A stretch of DNA of 64,000 bases, taken from assembly GCA_018396535.1 (NCBI GenBank), contig JAGTQC010000004.1:1-64000 (forward strand), given 5' to 3'. The notes under the pieces are model-generated. The model ran no database searches. It saw only the letters and a list, made by a program, of their open reading frames with translations, and had not been told where the DNA came from. The position numbers and the translations under genes were made by a program. This document shows positions 49,791-60,425 of this stretch, one piece after another; position 1 is the stretch's first letter; every line of letters starts with the position of its first letter. The DNA is from Candidatus Bathyarchaeota archaeon. Lineage in GTDB: Archaea > Thermoproteota > CALKCG01 > B24 > DRYS01.

Positions 49791-52289
49791 GTGCGAGCTC
49801 CTCCTGTTTTTATAATGGCTGGTGGTGAAGGAACTAGACTACGTCCTCTCACTTCGAATAGACCTAAGCCTATGGTTCCTATAGCTAATAAACCTGTACT
49901 CAAGCATACTTTCGAAACCCTTCTATCATTCGGGTTCAAGAAGTTCATATTAACCCTCCACTACATGCCTATGGTGGTTGAGAAGTACTTCGGTAATGGC
50001 TCGAGCATAGGTGCAGAGGTATCCTATAGCATAGAGGATAGACCTATGGGTACTGCTGGAGGTGTAAAATCTGCTATAGAGATGTATGGAGTCGAAGAAG
50101 GTACCATCCTAGTTTGGAGTGGTGACGTACTTTCATACTTTGATGTAAGCGATATGTTAGATTTCCATAAAGATAAAGGTTCTATTCTGACTATAGCATC
50201 TACCAAGATCGATAATCCTGTAGAGTTTGGTGTACTAGTATTCGATGATGAGTATAGGGTTAAGCGGTTGCAAGAGAAGCCTTCATACTCTGAAGTTTCT
50301 AGTCTATGGATAAACTGCGGTATATATATCTTAGAACCTGAAGCCTATAACCAGATACCTCCTGGTAAATCATACGATTTCTCTAAGGATCTTATACCTC
50401 AACTCATAAGCGAGGGTGAGCCAGTTTACATCTACCCTCTTAAAGGCTACTGGAACGATATAGGTACCCCTTTAAACTATCTACAGGCGAATATCGATGT
50501 TCTAAACCGTAGAGCTGGTATGCTAAAACCAGCTGGTTTAGAGTATGAGCCAGGTATATGGGTTGAAGATCCTGATGTTATCAACAATATCCATTTGACT
50601 CCACCTGTAGCTATAGGTGGAGGTTCAACTATAAGCTCTGATGCATCGATAGGGCCATCATCGGTCTTGGGACGTAATGTATCAGTAGGTGATGGTGTCT
50701 CAATATCTAGGAGTATTATATGGGATTCCTCGGTTATAGGAGCATATTCTAGGATCGATGGCTCGATTATATGTGAATCATGTATACTAGGCGAAAGCGT
50801 TTTATGCAACCCAGGTGTAGTAGTGGGTGATAGATGTAGGATCGGTAAGCATAGCGTTATCCGTTCTAGTATTAGGATATGGCCTGAGAGACTCGTAGAC
50901 TCATACTCGATAGTCAGCTCAGATATCAGATGGGGGATAAGATGGTATTCGACATTATTCACGGTTGAAGGTGTAACTGGAGCTGTAAACGTAGAGGTTA
51001 CACCAGATTTTGCAGCTAAACTAGGTTTAGCTATAGGTTCATGGTTGAATATCGGTGGAAGGGTAGCTGTAGCTAGAGATAACTCTACGATATCCAGGAT
51101 GATTAAGCGTAGCCTTGTTTCAGGTCTCCTCGCTGCTGGTATCGATGTAGAGAATCTTACAGTAACACCGCTACCGCTTCTTAACTCCTACATACCCAGA
51201 TATAAACTCGACGGCGGGGTATATGTATCTGCCCCCGCTCATGCTCCTGGGCATATCGTTATAAAGGTGTTAGATAGGCATGGGGTAGAGATAGGCGGAT
51301 CTGAGAGAAGAGCTATAGATGAGATTTTATTTAAGGAGTCATTTCGTAGAGTTAAACCTGAGGATATAGGTGAGCTAACTTATCCAACCGGGTTTATGGA
51401 GGAGTATGTAGACGATCTACTGGCCCGCTCATCGATCGGTAGCTTGAGAGGTATAAAGCTTGTAGTAAACGCTGTCGAAGGATCGACTTCTGCTATACTA
51501 CCTATACTCCTAGATAGGCTCGACGCCGATGTATTCCTTCTAGGCGTACGGAGTGTTAGATCTACGAAAACTAAAGGTATATTAGAGGAGGTTGAAGCGA
51601 CATCTAGAGTTGTTCGCTCTATCAATGCTGATCTAGGCTTCATATTCGATTGTAGCGGTTCTAGAATACTTGTAGTAGATGATGAAGGTATCCCGTTACA
51701 AAGCGAGTTAACTCTAGGTATGCTAGCGTATTATCTAGCTGAAATAGGTAGTATAGGCAATGTAGTTTTATCATCGTGTATCCCCGAATCCATATACAAC
51801 TATATATCCAATTTAGGTTACAACGTTATGAGATGTAAGAGAGACCCATCCGCTCTACTTAGAAGTATAATAGATTCTAAAGCGGTATTCGGAGGGGATG
51901 AAACTGGTAGAATCTGTATATCTAGATTAACACCGTTCTTTGATTCTATAGCTTCGATGCTAGTTATGCTAGAACTTCTATCTAAGCATAGGATTAGCTC
52001 TATCAGAAGACAGATACCTTTAAAGTATAAGGTTGATGGTTCAGTAGAGTTGCCTAGGAGATCTATGAGTAGAGTTATAGCGAGGCTGAGGGAGGAGCTT
52101 GGAGATTACGATGCTCCTGGTATAGAAGGGTTGAAGATAATCGAGGGCGATGCATATATATCTATCGTACCCTCCCTAGAGGAACCTAAGATACTACTAT
52201 ACGTCGAATCTGAGAATCCTGAGATAGCTAAGAGCATTCTGAGAAGGTATGAAGATATAGTTAAGCTCATCGTATCATCAGAGGGTTGA
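49791..52289 (+). CDS. Sugar-1-phosphate nucleotidyltransferase + hexapeptide repeats + phosphohexomutase-like fusion
   Basis: AGGEGTRLRPLT..RPKPMVP, GTAGG, EKP, YWNDIG, left-handed beta-helix region, then a PGM/PMM fold (G..NVEVTP, TPLP, GGDE.G). Confidence 0.88.
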   Translation: MRAPPVFIMAGGEGTRLRPLTSNRPKPMVPIANKPVLKHTFETLLSFGFKKFILTLHYMPMVVEKYFGNGSSIGAEVSYSIEDRPMGTAGGVKSAIEMYGVEEGTILVWSGDVLSYFDVSDMLDFHKDKGSILTIASTKIDNPVEFGVLVFDDEYRVKRLQEKPSYSEVSSLWINCGIYILEPEAYNQIPPGKSYDFSKDLIPQLISEGEPVYIYPLKGYWNDIGTPLNYLQANIDVLNRRAGMLKPAGLEYEPGIWVEDPDVINNIHLTPPVAIGGGSTISSDASIGPSSVLGRNVSVGDGVSISRSIIWDSSVIGAYSRIDGSIICESCILGESVLCNPGVVVGDRCRIGKHSVIRSSIRIWPERLVDSYSIVSSDIRWGIRWYSTLFTVEGVTGAVNVEVTPDFAAKLGLAIGSWLNIGGRVAVARDNSTISRMIKRSLVSGLLAAGIDVENLTVTPLPLLNSYIPRYKLDGGVYVSAPAHAPGHIVIKVLDRHGVEIGGSERRAIDEILFKESFRRVKPEDIGELTYPTGFMEEYVDDLLARSSIGSLRGIKLVVNAVEGSTSAILPILLDRLDADVFLLGVRSVRSTKTKGILEEVEATSRVVRSINADLGFIFDCSGSRILVVDDEGIPLQSELTLGMLAYYLAEIGSIGNVVLSSCIPESIYNYISNLGYNVMRCKRDPSALLRSIIDSKAVFGGDETGRICISRLTPFFDSIASMLVMLELLSKHRISSIRRQIPLKYKVDGSVELPRRSMSRVIARLREELGDYDAPGIEGLKIIEGDAYISIVPSLEEPKILLYVESENPEIAKSILRRYEDIVKLIVSSEG

Positions 52290-52293
52290 AGCT

Positions 52294-53472
52294 TTGCGTA
52301 TAATTATGCTTTCATGGGAGTATCCTCCTAGGATAGTTGGAGGTATATCTAGACATGTCTACTTCCTTAGTAGAGCTCTAGCTTCAGAAGGATGTGAAGT
52401 CCACGTCGTGACACTCGACTTCCCAGGTAAGTCTATCTACGAGGTGGAGGATGGTGTACATGTACATAGGGTTCCCGTAGAGATAGGAGCGTCAAATTTC
52501 CATATGTGGGTAGCTCTATTCAACCATTTCTTCGAGAAGCGTATAGGGTATATAACTCATAATTTCGGTAAACCTGATGTAGTGCATAGTCATGACTGGC
52601 TTACCGCTCTATCTGGTATATCTGCTAAGCATATGCTTAGAATACCGCTCGTAGTAACCTTCCATAGTACTGAGAGGGGTAGATCACAAGGATTAGCAAA
52701 CCCAGAATCTTATATGGTAGACTCTATAGAATGGTGGGCATCCTATGAGGCTTCGATCGTTATAACGGTAAGTAGTCATATGAAAGATGAGCTTATCCGC
52801 TACTTTAAGCTTCCAGAGGATAAGGTATACGTCATCCATAATGGAGTTGATCCATCAATCTTCAATATAAGCGTAGATAGAGATTCTATACGTGGCAGGC
52901 TAGGTGTCAAACCCTGGGAGAAGCTTATAGTATCTGTTGGGAGGATGAGCCATCAGAAGGGCTTCCATATACTACTGCAAGCTATGAGTATCGTAATTCA
53001 CAGGTATAGGGATGTTAAGCTTATCCTAGTAGGTGACGGGTATATGAGGGGGGAGCTTGAAAGGCAAGCTTCAGATCTAGGTTTATCTGAGCATGTAGTA
53101 TTCACAGGATTTATAGACGATGTCTATCTTAAAGCTATACTAAAATCTGCAGATATCATGGTTGTATGCTCACTATACGAGCCGTTCGGTATAGTTGCCT
53201 TAGAAGGTATGGCTTCAGGTCTACCTGTAATAGTCTCAGCTACAGGTGGGTTGAAGGAGATAGTTGAGCATGAAGTAGATGGTTTATGGGCTAGCCCTGG
53301 GGATCCTGCCAGTTTAGCTTCATGTATTGAGAGACTACTGGTAGATGCTGATCTAGTATCGAAACTCCGATTTAACGCTATAGTAAAAGCTAAAAGGTTT
53401 GATTGGAGAAATATAGCTAAGAAGGTGCTCGAAGCTTATGGGGATGCTGGAAGGAGAGCAAGGTTTCAGTAG
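52294..53472 (+). CDS. GT4 glycosyltransferase (putative alpha-glucan/glycogen synthase)
   Basis: WEYPPRIVGG, HSHDWL, HSTERGR, VGRM..QKG, YEPFGIVALE. Confidence 0.88.
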   Translation: MRIIMLSWEYPPRIVGGISRHVYFLSRALASEGCEVHVVTLDFPGKSIYEVEDGVHVHRVPVEIGASNFHMWVALFNHFFEKRIGYITHNFGKPDVVHSHDWLTALSGISAKHMLRIPLVVTFHSTERGRSQGLANPESYMVDSIEWWASYEASIVITVSSHMKDELIRYFKLPEDKVYVIHNGVDPSIFNISVDRDSIRGRLGVKPWEKLIVSVGRMSHQKGFHILLQAMSIVIHRYRDVKLILVGDGYMRGELERQASDLGLSEHVVFTGFIDDVYLKAILKSADIMVVCSLYEPFGIVALEGMASGLPVIVSATGGLKEIVEHEVDGLWASPGDPASLASCIERLLVDADLVSKLRFNAIVKAKRFDWRNIAKKVLEAYGDAGRRARFQ

Positions 53473-53704
53473 TCTTGTGAAAAACCTCCTCTCATCCCTA
53501 TTAACCTTAGGAGCTGTAGATCGATCCAAAGCTCTAACCATTGTGGAGCTATCTAAAAGAACCGGTATGGAAGCTAGATGCATAGACTCTACCATAACTC
53601 TCCTTATACGTTCTGGATACGTAGCCTCCATAGACTCTGAGAATGGTGCTAGATTCTATCTAACACCGAACGGTATATTAGCAGCCTCCTCACTCTACTC
53701 CTAA
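53438..53704 (+). CDS. Small winged-helix protein
   Basis: ELSKRTG...L.RSGYV...FYLT..G. Confidence 0.6.
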   Translation: MGMLEGEQGFSSLVKNLLSSLLTLGAVDRSKALTIVELSKRTGMEARCIDSTITLLIRSGYVASIDSENGARFYLTPNGILAASSLYS

Positions 53705-53711
53705 CACAGGT

Positions 53712-54635
53712 TTGTCTAAACTTATACGTAACCAACTAACAGGTGAATGGATCGTAGTAGCTCCACGTAGAGGTAGACGTCCTATTCACTATGGTGGAGT
53801 AGAGGGGTGCCCATTCTGCCCGGGTAACGAACGTGCAACACCTCCTGCAAAGCTTATTTATGTAAGATCAGATGATGGATCTATACATCGGTTTAGAGAT
53901 GAAGATGATGCTAGAAGGAGTGATTGGCTAGTTAGAGTATTCGATAACCTATACCCGATATTCTCTACCACATATGAAGGCGTATATGGGTACCATGAGG
54001 TTCTTGTAGAAACACCTAAACATGAGGATAAGCCTTGGAGTATATCAATCGATCAGCAAGCATTAGCTATAAAAGCAGCTCTTGAACGTATAGATATACT
54101 GAAGCTAGATCCAAATATAAGATACGTACTATTGTTCAAGAATTATGGTAGATCAGCTGGTGCTTCGATAGAGCATATGCATATGCAGATAGCTGCTTCA
54201 CCTATTATCCCACCTAGAGTAGAGCTTGAGCTATCCTCGTATAGGGGTGAATGCCCAGTATGTATGCTTATAGAGGAGAGCTCCTTAATCAATAGATATG
54301 ATGATATCCTTGCTATATGCCCTAAAGCTAGCTCCAAACCGTACGAAGTTATGGTGACATCGATCGAACATAAGCCTGATATACCACGTACAGAGAGTTA
54401 TATCGAAGCTTTAGCTAGAATACTAGTAGATGTTATGCGTAGGTTACGATCAATCCTCGGTGAGTTTGAATTTAACTACTGGCTACACTATGGCTTAACT
54501 CGAGATCACCATTGGCATATCGAGATACTACCGAAAACATCCATATGGGCTGGATTAGAGCTTGGTGGATGGATATATGTGAATGCTATACCTCCTAGTG
54601 AAGCAGCTGAGAATCTTAGAAAAGCTCTTAGTTAA
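53712..54635 (+). CDS. GalT-family hexose-1-phosphate nucleotidyltransferase
   Basis: R.N.LTGEWI.VAP.R..RP, CPFCPGNE, N.YP, GYHEVLVETPKH, GASIEHMHMQ, HWHIEI.P, GLELG. Confidence 0.88.
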   Translation: MSKLIRNQLTGEWIVVAPRRGRRPIHYGGVEGCPFCPGNERATPPAKLIYVRSDDGSIHRFRDEDDARRSDWLVRVFDNLYPIFSTTYEGVYGYHEVLVETPKHEDKPWSISIDQQALAIKAALERIDILKLDPNIRYVLLFKNYGRSAGASIEHMHMQIAASPIIPPRVELELSSYRGECPVCMLIEESSLINRYDDILAICPKASSKPYEVMVTSIEHKPDIPRTESYIEALARILVDVMRRLRSILGEFEFNYWLHYGLTRDHHWHIEILPKTSIWAGLELGGWIYVNAIPPSEAAENLRKALS

Positions 54636-54730
54636 AAATAATGTTTCAGCTTAAAACCTGTATAGAAACATAGGTTTCACTAGTTTCTCGGAATCCCTTA
54701 TATTAAGGCTGGCTTTCTAAAGGAGGAATA

Positions 54731-57070
54731 GTGAAAGATATGGGTGAAGCTAGCGTCATACCATCAAAGACTTCTATGATAGCTACACTCCTACTAATAC
54801 TAGCATCTAGCTTACCACAGTTATCAGCTCAAACAGTAAATTACACCTTCGTATACGGCTATGTACTAGACGAGAATGGATCAGGCTTATCTAGTGTTAG
54901 AATCCTAGTATCAGCTCAGGATGGATCGGTAAAAACCCTATCATATACAAATAGTGATGGATACTTTGGGCTACTATTAGAGAGGGGTTATACGTATACG
55001 TTAACCTTCTCTAAGCCCGGCTACGTTACCGTTACTAGGAGTATAAATGCTCAGAAGTTCGATATGAATATAGGTAATATTACTTTACGGGAGGCTATAA
55101 GGGTTACATCCATGACAGCGACCATAGCTTCTACAGCGGGATCAGATATATCGATACCAGTTACTATATCTAATGAAGGTGAGGTAGCAGAGCTTTTAAC
55201 ACTTAGCGTAGAGAAGCCTGAGGAGTGGGGTGTTAGGATAGTCTATCAGAATAGGGAGGTTTTGAGTATAGTTTTATCTAAGGGGCAGAGTATATCGATG
55301 GATGTTATACTCTCCATACCTAAGGATGCTCTTGAAGGCTTGTACAAACTAACAATTATAGTTAATGGAACGCTTATGCTTCGTAAAGTGTTCTATATCT
55401 ATGTCCAGCCTCAACCTACAGTAAGGATATATGGCTCCGTATTAGATGATGATGGATCCGCTTTAGGTAATGTTAAGATAGATGTATACTCTCAGGATGG
55501 TATTCTTATAGGATGTTTCGAATCTCTTACCGATGGATCCTTCTATTTAGTATTACCTTCCGTATCTAAGAGTATGTCGTTAACCTTCTCCAAGCCTGGC
55601 TACGTTAAACTATCTAAGGTGGTATCCATATCTAGTGGTGAACTCGATCTCGGTGCGTTAACTCTTCGTAAAGCTATAAAGCTTCGATCACAGATGGTGT
55701 CGCTATCTACTGATCCAGGTAGGAAGATACAGTTACCATTAACTATAAGCAACCTGGCTGATGAAGCGAAGATGGTGGAGTTATCAGTGGATAAACCTGC
55801 ATCATGGCTTACACGTATATTGCTGCAAAACCAGGAGGTTTCTAAGATTCTACTACAACCTAACGAAGCAGTTAATCTACAATTAGAGATTTTTATACCT
55901 ATAGATTCTCGTGGACAGTATACTTTAACCTTGAAAGCTTCATCTGATATAGTATCAGCAATAGAGTTTATGGTATACGTTAATCCTCTAACATCTACGA
56001 TACTGTACTGTCCTATACCTGGTAGAACGGCTATACCAGGTGATACCGTTAGATTTCAAGTTAAAGTTAGGAATCCTGTGGAACTAGATCAAAGATTTAA
56101 GGTATCCGTAGAGCCTACGATTATTGGATGGGTTGTATCCGTTAAAACTCTAGATGGTACCCCTGTATCTGAGGTAACCCTACCGAGTGCTGGATCGTTA
56201 GATCTCATAGTAGATATCTCTATACCATCTACAGTTAGCGATGGTGTATATAAGCTAACTCTTAAAGCAGATTCGGGTATCCTATCGGATGAGATAGATT
56301 TAAGGATAGATGTAAAGAGGGCGCCTCCATACATTAAGCTTGTAGCTGCACCGCCATACATAGACGTATACTCTGGATCCGATGCACGTTTTAAGATATT
56401 AGTCCAGAATATGGGTGGCTATGATGAGCTACTAGATCTGTTTGTCGAAGGTATACCAGGAGGTTGGAGATATAGATTCGAAGATTCAGGTAGACAAGAG
56501 ATAACCAAGCTTTATGTAGAAGCAGGTAGATCCAAGGAATTCTATTTAGTAGTATCAGTTCCATCAGCTTCGTCTCTAGGAACTGTGGATCTAACGGTGT
56601 ATGCTAAGAGTAGCGATGTATCTGATAGGATCGATCTAAAACTAAACATCCTAGGCTTATATAAGCTATCGATAATTACTCAGAACTTCTATACATCACT
56701 AACTGTCGGAGGAGAGACAACCTTCACCCTAACCGTTAAGAATACGGGTAGCCGGGATACTACTAATGTAAAACTCCTATACTCCAGTATTCCTAGCGGC
56801 TTCAATATAGATGTATCTCCTACGAGCTTAAGTGTATTAAGGGTAGGTGAGGAAGCCTCCTTCACTATACGTATCTCGACGACGCCCGATATTAACGCTG
56901 GAAACTACTACATAGATTTCACATTATCTTCAGATCAGGTTCCCCCATCACAGTTTACGCTTAGGGTGGAGTTATTCCATGAAACTAGTTGGCTTCTCTA
57001 CGGAGGTATAGCTATAGTTTTAGCGTTAACAAGCCTGTTCCTCATGTATAGGAGGATCGGTAGGAGGTGA
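54731..57070 (+). CDS. Secreted, membrane-anchored multi-Ig-domain surface protein (carboxypeptidase-regulatory-like and NPCBM-associated-like repeats)
   Basis: Signal peptide, repeated YG.VLD..G.../LTFSKPGYV units, V.N.G motifs, C-terminal TM followed by RRIGRR. Confidence 0.75.
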   Translation: MKDMGEASVIPSKTSMIATLLLILASSLPQLSAQTVNYTFVYGYVLDENGSGLSSVRILVSAQDGSVKTLSYTNSDGYFGLLLERGYTYTLTFSKPGYVTVTRSINAQKFDMNIGNITLREAIRVTSMTATIASTAGSDISIPVTISNEGEVAELLTLSVEKPEEWGVRIVYQNREVLSIVLSKGQSISMDVILSIPKDALEGLYKLTIIVNGTLMLRKVFYIYVQPQPTVRIYGSVLDDDGSALGNVKIDVYSQDGILIGCFESLTDGSFYLVLPSVSKSMSLTFSKPGYVKLSKVVSISSGELDLGALTLRKAIKLRSQMVSLSTDPGRKIQLPLTISNLADEAKMVELSVDKPASWLTRILLQNQEVSKILLQPNEAVNLQLEIFIPIDSRGQYTLTLKASSDIVSAIEFMVYVNPLTSTILYCPIPGRTAIPGDTVRFQVKVRNPVELDQRFKVSVEPTIIGWVVSVKTLDGTPVSEVTLPSAGSLDLIVDISIPSTVSDGVYKLTLKADSGILSDEIDLRIDVKRAPPYIKLVAAPPYIDVYSGSDARFKILVQNMGGYDELLDLFVEGIPGGWRYRFEDSGRQEITKLYVEAGRSKEFYLVVSVPSASSLGTVDLTVYAKSSDVSDRIDLKLNILGLYKLSIITQNFYTSLTVGGETTFTLTVKNTGSRDTTNVKLLYSSIPSGFNIDVSPTSLSVLRVGEEASFTIRISTTPDINAGNYYIDFTLSSDQVPPSQFTLRVELFHETSWLLYGGIAIVLALTSLFLMYRRIGRR
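55000..55606 (+). repeat. Intragenic duplication, 579-bp (193-codon) period
   Basis: GTTAACCTTCTCTAAGCCCGGCTACGTT at 55000 vs GTTAACCTTCTCCAAGCCTGGCTACGTT at 55579 (26/28 identical). Confidence 0.8.
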
Positions 57071-58032
57071 CCTCTATACCTGAATATGTTATCGAAACAT
57101 ATGGATTAACTAAAGTTTATAGATCTGGCGGCGGCGCGGTCGTAGCTGTAGATAAGCTTGATTTCACCGTTGAGAAATCATCTATATTCGGTCTACTAGG
57201 ACCTAATGGTGCAGGTAAAACTACGCTTTTGATGATGCTAACAGGCTTAACCCTCCCCACAAATGGTTCCGGTAGGGTTCTAGGATACGATATAGTTAGG
57301 GAATCTCGTGAGATACGTAGGAGGGTTGGTTTTCTACCTGAAGGTTTCGGTTTCTACGAGCATCTCACAGCTGAACAGAATCTAGAGTATATAGCTGCTT
57401 TGAACGATATACCTAAGCCTGAGAGGAGGAAACGTATCGAAGATATCCTATCTCTAGTAGGTTTATACGAGGTTAAAAATAGGAGGGTTTCAAGTTTCTC
57501 TAGAGGTATGAAGCAGAGGCTTGGTATAGCTCAAGCGTTAATTAAAGATCCAGAGCTACTCCTACTAGATGAGCCTACCGCTGGTTTAGATCCAGAGGGG
57601 TCTAGAGCATTTAAAGATCTCGTATTGAAGCTGAATAGCGAGGGTAGGACTATAGTTCTAAGTACGCATCTACTATTCGAAGTTGGGCCCCTCTGTAGTT
57701 CTATCGCTATAATGAACCGCGGTAGGATTGTCGTTCAGGGTAGGGTTAAAGATCTGATATCCAAGCTTATGAGCGAGGTAGGCTACAAGATATACGTAGA
57801 GGTTCGAGGTGATTTAGGGAAGCTTGCTTCAGCTCTAACCGGTATGGAGGGGGTGAGGGGTGTGAGGATAGGTGTAGATAGCCTCTATGTGGATTCTACG
57901 AGGGATATCAGGGTGGATATAGTTAAGATCGCTTCAGATATGAAGGTTGAGATATCGAGTATAAGAGTTGAAGAACCGTCTCTGGAGGATCTATTCATAA
58001 GATATTATAGGGGTGAGGCTTCCAATGCCTAG
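57067..58032 (+). CDS. ABC transporter ATP-binding protein (ABC-2 type)
   Basis: GPNGAGKTT, FSRGMKQR, LDEPT, STH, EPSLED.F. Confidence 0.92.
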   Translation: MTSIPEYVIETYGLTKVYRSGGGAVVAVDKLDFTVEKSSIFGLLGPNGAGKTTLLMMLTGLTLPTNGSGRVLGYDIVRESREIRRRVGFLPEGFGFYEHLTAEQNLEYIAALNDIPKPERRKRIEDILSLVGLYEVKNRRVSSFSRGMKQRLGIAQALIKDPELLLLDEPTAGLDPEGSRAFKDLVLKLNSEGRTIVLSTHLLFEVGPLCSSIAIMNRGRIVVQGRVKDLISKLMSEVGYKIYVEVRGDLGKLASALTGMEGVRGVRIGVDSLYVDSTRDIRVDIVKIASDMKVEISSIRVEEPSLEDLFIRYYRGEASNA

Positions 58033-58975
58033 CGTGTATACTGTCGCATCTAGAGAATTCTCTGATATAATACATAGTAAACGCTTCATAATACTCGTAG
58101 CTGTATTCTCGATTGTATTCATGGTCGGTATGGCTTCGATATACCTTACAGTCCTCTCCATGGCTCAGGGTCTCGGTATAGCTATGCCTACAGGGTTCCT
58201 AGGTAGAGCTGCATCGATAATAGCATCATCCATGTCCTACTTCGCTCCGATAGTAGGTATAGCTTTAGGATGCGATGCTATATCCGGGGAAAGGGAGAAG
58301 GGTACTCTGAAGACGATCCTAGCTCAACCCATATATAGAGATACATTTATAACTGGGAAATTCATAGCGGCAATCTTAGCTGTATCTATAGCAGTCTCCA
58401 TAGCATCCCTGGTTAATGTAGGAGGATCCATAGTAATCCTAGGTGTGACACCTACAAGCGAGGATATAGCTAGGCTAGCTCTATTCATAGTATTCTCGAT
58501 ACTATACGCTATAAGCTACTATGGTATAGCTATACTATTATCCACTATAGCGAGGAGGACTACTCAGAGTGTGATAGTAAGCGTAACGCTATGGGCTATA
58601 TTCACATTCGCTATACCTATAATCGCCTCTCTCGTAGCATACATGTATAGGCCAATAACTGGTATAGAAATAATACAGCGTCCAGGTGGGAATGTAACTA
58701 TTAGAAGACCTAGCCCTGAGGAGATGCAGCGTATAATAGAGCAGACAAGGGCTAGAGCTACTATAACGGAAGCTATAAATAGTATAACGCCAAACTACCA
58801 TTTCACGAAGATAATTCAGTACATTCTCGGCTTTATGCAGGGTGGGCTTAATCAATCGTTATCCATATATCAAGGTCTAGTATCAGCGTGGCCTAATATA
58901 CTGGTACTAGTGTTGGTAGCCTGTATAACGTTGATAGCATCGTACATGGTGTTTATAAGGCAGGAGGCAAGGTAG
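58025..58975 (+). CDS. ABC-2/NosY-type permease
   Basis: DAISGEREKGTLKTIL.QP..R....GKF, multiple TM segments. ORF track start 58013. Confidence 0.88.
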   Translation: MPSVYTVASREFSDIIHSKRFIILVAVFSIVFMVGMASIYLTVLSMAQGLGIAMPTGFLGRAASIIASSMSYFAPIVGIALGCDAISGEREKGTLKTILAQPIYRDTFITGKFIAAILAVSIAVSIASLVNVGGSIVILGVTPTSEDIARLALFIVFSILYAISYYGIAILLSTIARRTTQSVIVSVTLWAIFTFAIPIIASLVAYMYRPITGIEIIQRPGGNVTIRRPSPEEMQRIIEQTRARATITEAINSITPNYHFTKIIQYILGFMQGGLNQSLSIYQGLVSAWPNILVLVLVACITLIASYMVFIRQEAR

Positions 58976-59021
58976 AGGCGGGTATAGGTTGAAGATAGAG
59001 ACCCGGTTAATTCATCCGCTA

Positions 59022-60266
59022 TTATTTCTTGATAAGCTTTTCATAGATTTCAATAGTTTTCTCAGCTATCCTATCCCATGTAAACTCCTCTAGAACTCTT
59101 CTTCTACCGTTTCTACCCAGCTTCTCCGCCAGCTTAGGATCATCTAATAGTATGTTAATACCCCAAGCTATATCCTCAGGTCTTCTAGGATCTACATGTA
59201 TACCGGTCTGGTTTTCGCCTGACGGTACGACTATCTCCCTCATACCGCTTATACCTGCCGCACCTACTACTACTGGTTTAGCCATAGACATAGCTTCTAG
59301 AGAAACTATACCGAAGGGTTCGTAGAGACTTGGGAAGACGCATATATCTGACATAGCGTAATGAAGTATACGCTCATCCTCGCTTAGGAAGTCAAATCTC
59401 AAGATAACTTTATCCTCGAGATTTAGGGTTTTCGTAAGGTTGACGAGGTAGTCTCTAAGCTCTCCTAGACCTACTACGATAAGCTTAGCTTCGGGATGCT
59501 TCGCTGCTATGTATGACATAGCCTGTATGAGCTTATCGACACCTTTAACCGCTGTAAGCCTACCTATAAATAGTATAATCTTTTCATCTTCCTTGACACC
59601 GTATCTTTCTCTAAGCTTGTAGACCTCCCCTCTATCTATCTTGCTAGGATCATACTTATCAGGGTCTACGCCATTATATACTACCTCTACCTTACTTATG
59701 GGAAATCCAAGCGTCTCTAATTCTGATTTCATAGCATATGATACCGTTACTATTTTATCAGCCCCATCAGCCCCCTTTCTTTCAAGCTCCATAACGGTCA
59801 TAGATCCATTTCCTAGAGTTCTACCTCTCTCAGTACTATGTATATGGAAAGCCATAGGTATTCCTAAATGCTTCTTAACGAGTAGCCCAGCTATCACTGA
59901 AAGCCAATCGTGAACCGATACTATATCAAACTTGTAGCCTTCGAATCGGTGTAGATCGTTTACTAGCTTGGAGGCTGATAGAAGATTGTACAGGTATATA
60001 TCTGAGAAGAATTTGAATCCTGGACCCCAATTCTTAAGTTCTGATGCTACTATATCGAACATTATACTCGTTATATCCATAAGTAGTGGTCTATGAACCT
60101 CTACTCCTCCTATAAGCTCTCTAGTCTTAAGATTTCCATCGTTTAACGTGAATACGTAGACGTTATGTCCCATCTTAACGTATCTACGAGTAACTTCATA
60201 CGAGTATACACCGAGTCCTCCGACTATTCTAGGTGGGTACTCCCATGTGAAGAACGCTATATCCAT
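59022..60266 (-). CDS. GT4 glycosyltransferase (putative glycogen synthase), paralog of 52294..53472
   Basis: WEYPPRIVGGLG, HDWL, HSTERGR, GRL..VKG, YEPFGIVSLE. Confidence 0.88.
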   Translation of the reverse strand: MDIAFFTWEYPPRIVGGLGVYSYEVTRRYVKMGHNVYVFTLNDGNLKTRELIGGVEVHRPLLMDITSIMFDIVASELKNWGPGFKFFSDIYLYNLLSASKLVNDLHRFEGYKFDIVSVHDWLSVIAGLLVKKHLGIPMAFHIHSTERGRTLGNGSMTVMELERKGADGADKIVTVSYAMKSELETLGFPISKVEVVYNGVDPDKYDPSKIDRGEVYKLRERYGVKEDEKIILFIGRLTAVKGVDKLIQAMSYIAAKHPEAKLIVVGLGELRDYLVNLTKTLNLEDKVILRFDFLSEDERILHYAMSDICVFPSLYEPFGIVSLEAMSMAKPVVVGAAGISGMREIVVPSGENQTGIHVDPRRPEDIAWGINILLDDPKLAEKLGRNGRRRVLEEFTWDRIAEKTIEIYEKLIKK

Positions 60267-60425
60267 AGCTTCTAAGGCTAATAGCTACTCCTATATAAAA
60301 TAATCTTAGAGTTCTAGCTTAAGATTAAACTTAACTCCTCTATATCCTGATGAAGCATATGGCTGTATACTATTCGCTTCGACTTGCGAAACTTACAGAT
60401 ATACTTTCCCTATCCGCTATACATA

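Noticed and set aside
60341-60403. Hammerhead-like or box C/D-like sequence: TATATC-CTGATGA...GAAAC...GATATA
   Set aside because: For a hammerhead, the cleavage site reads CA instead of UH, stem III cannot form and stem II is only 3 bp. For a C/D RNA, the D box is CAGA, there are no C'/D' boxes and the K-turn stem register is poor.
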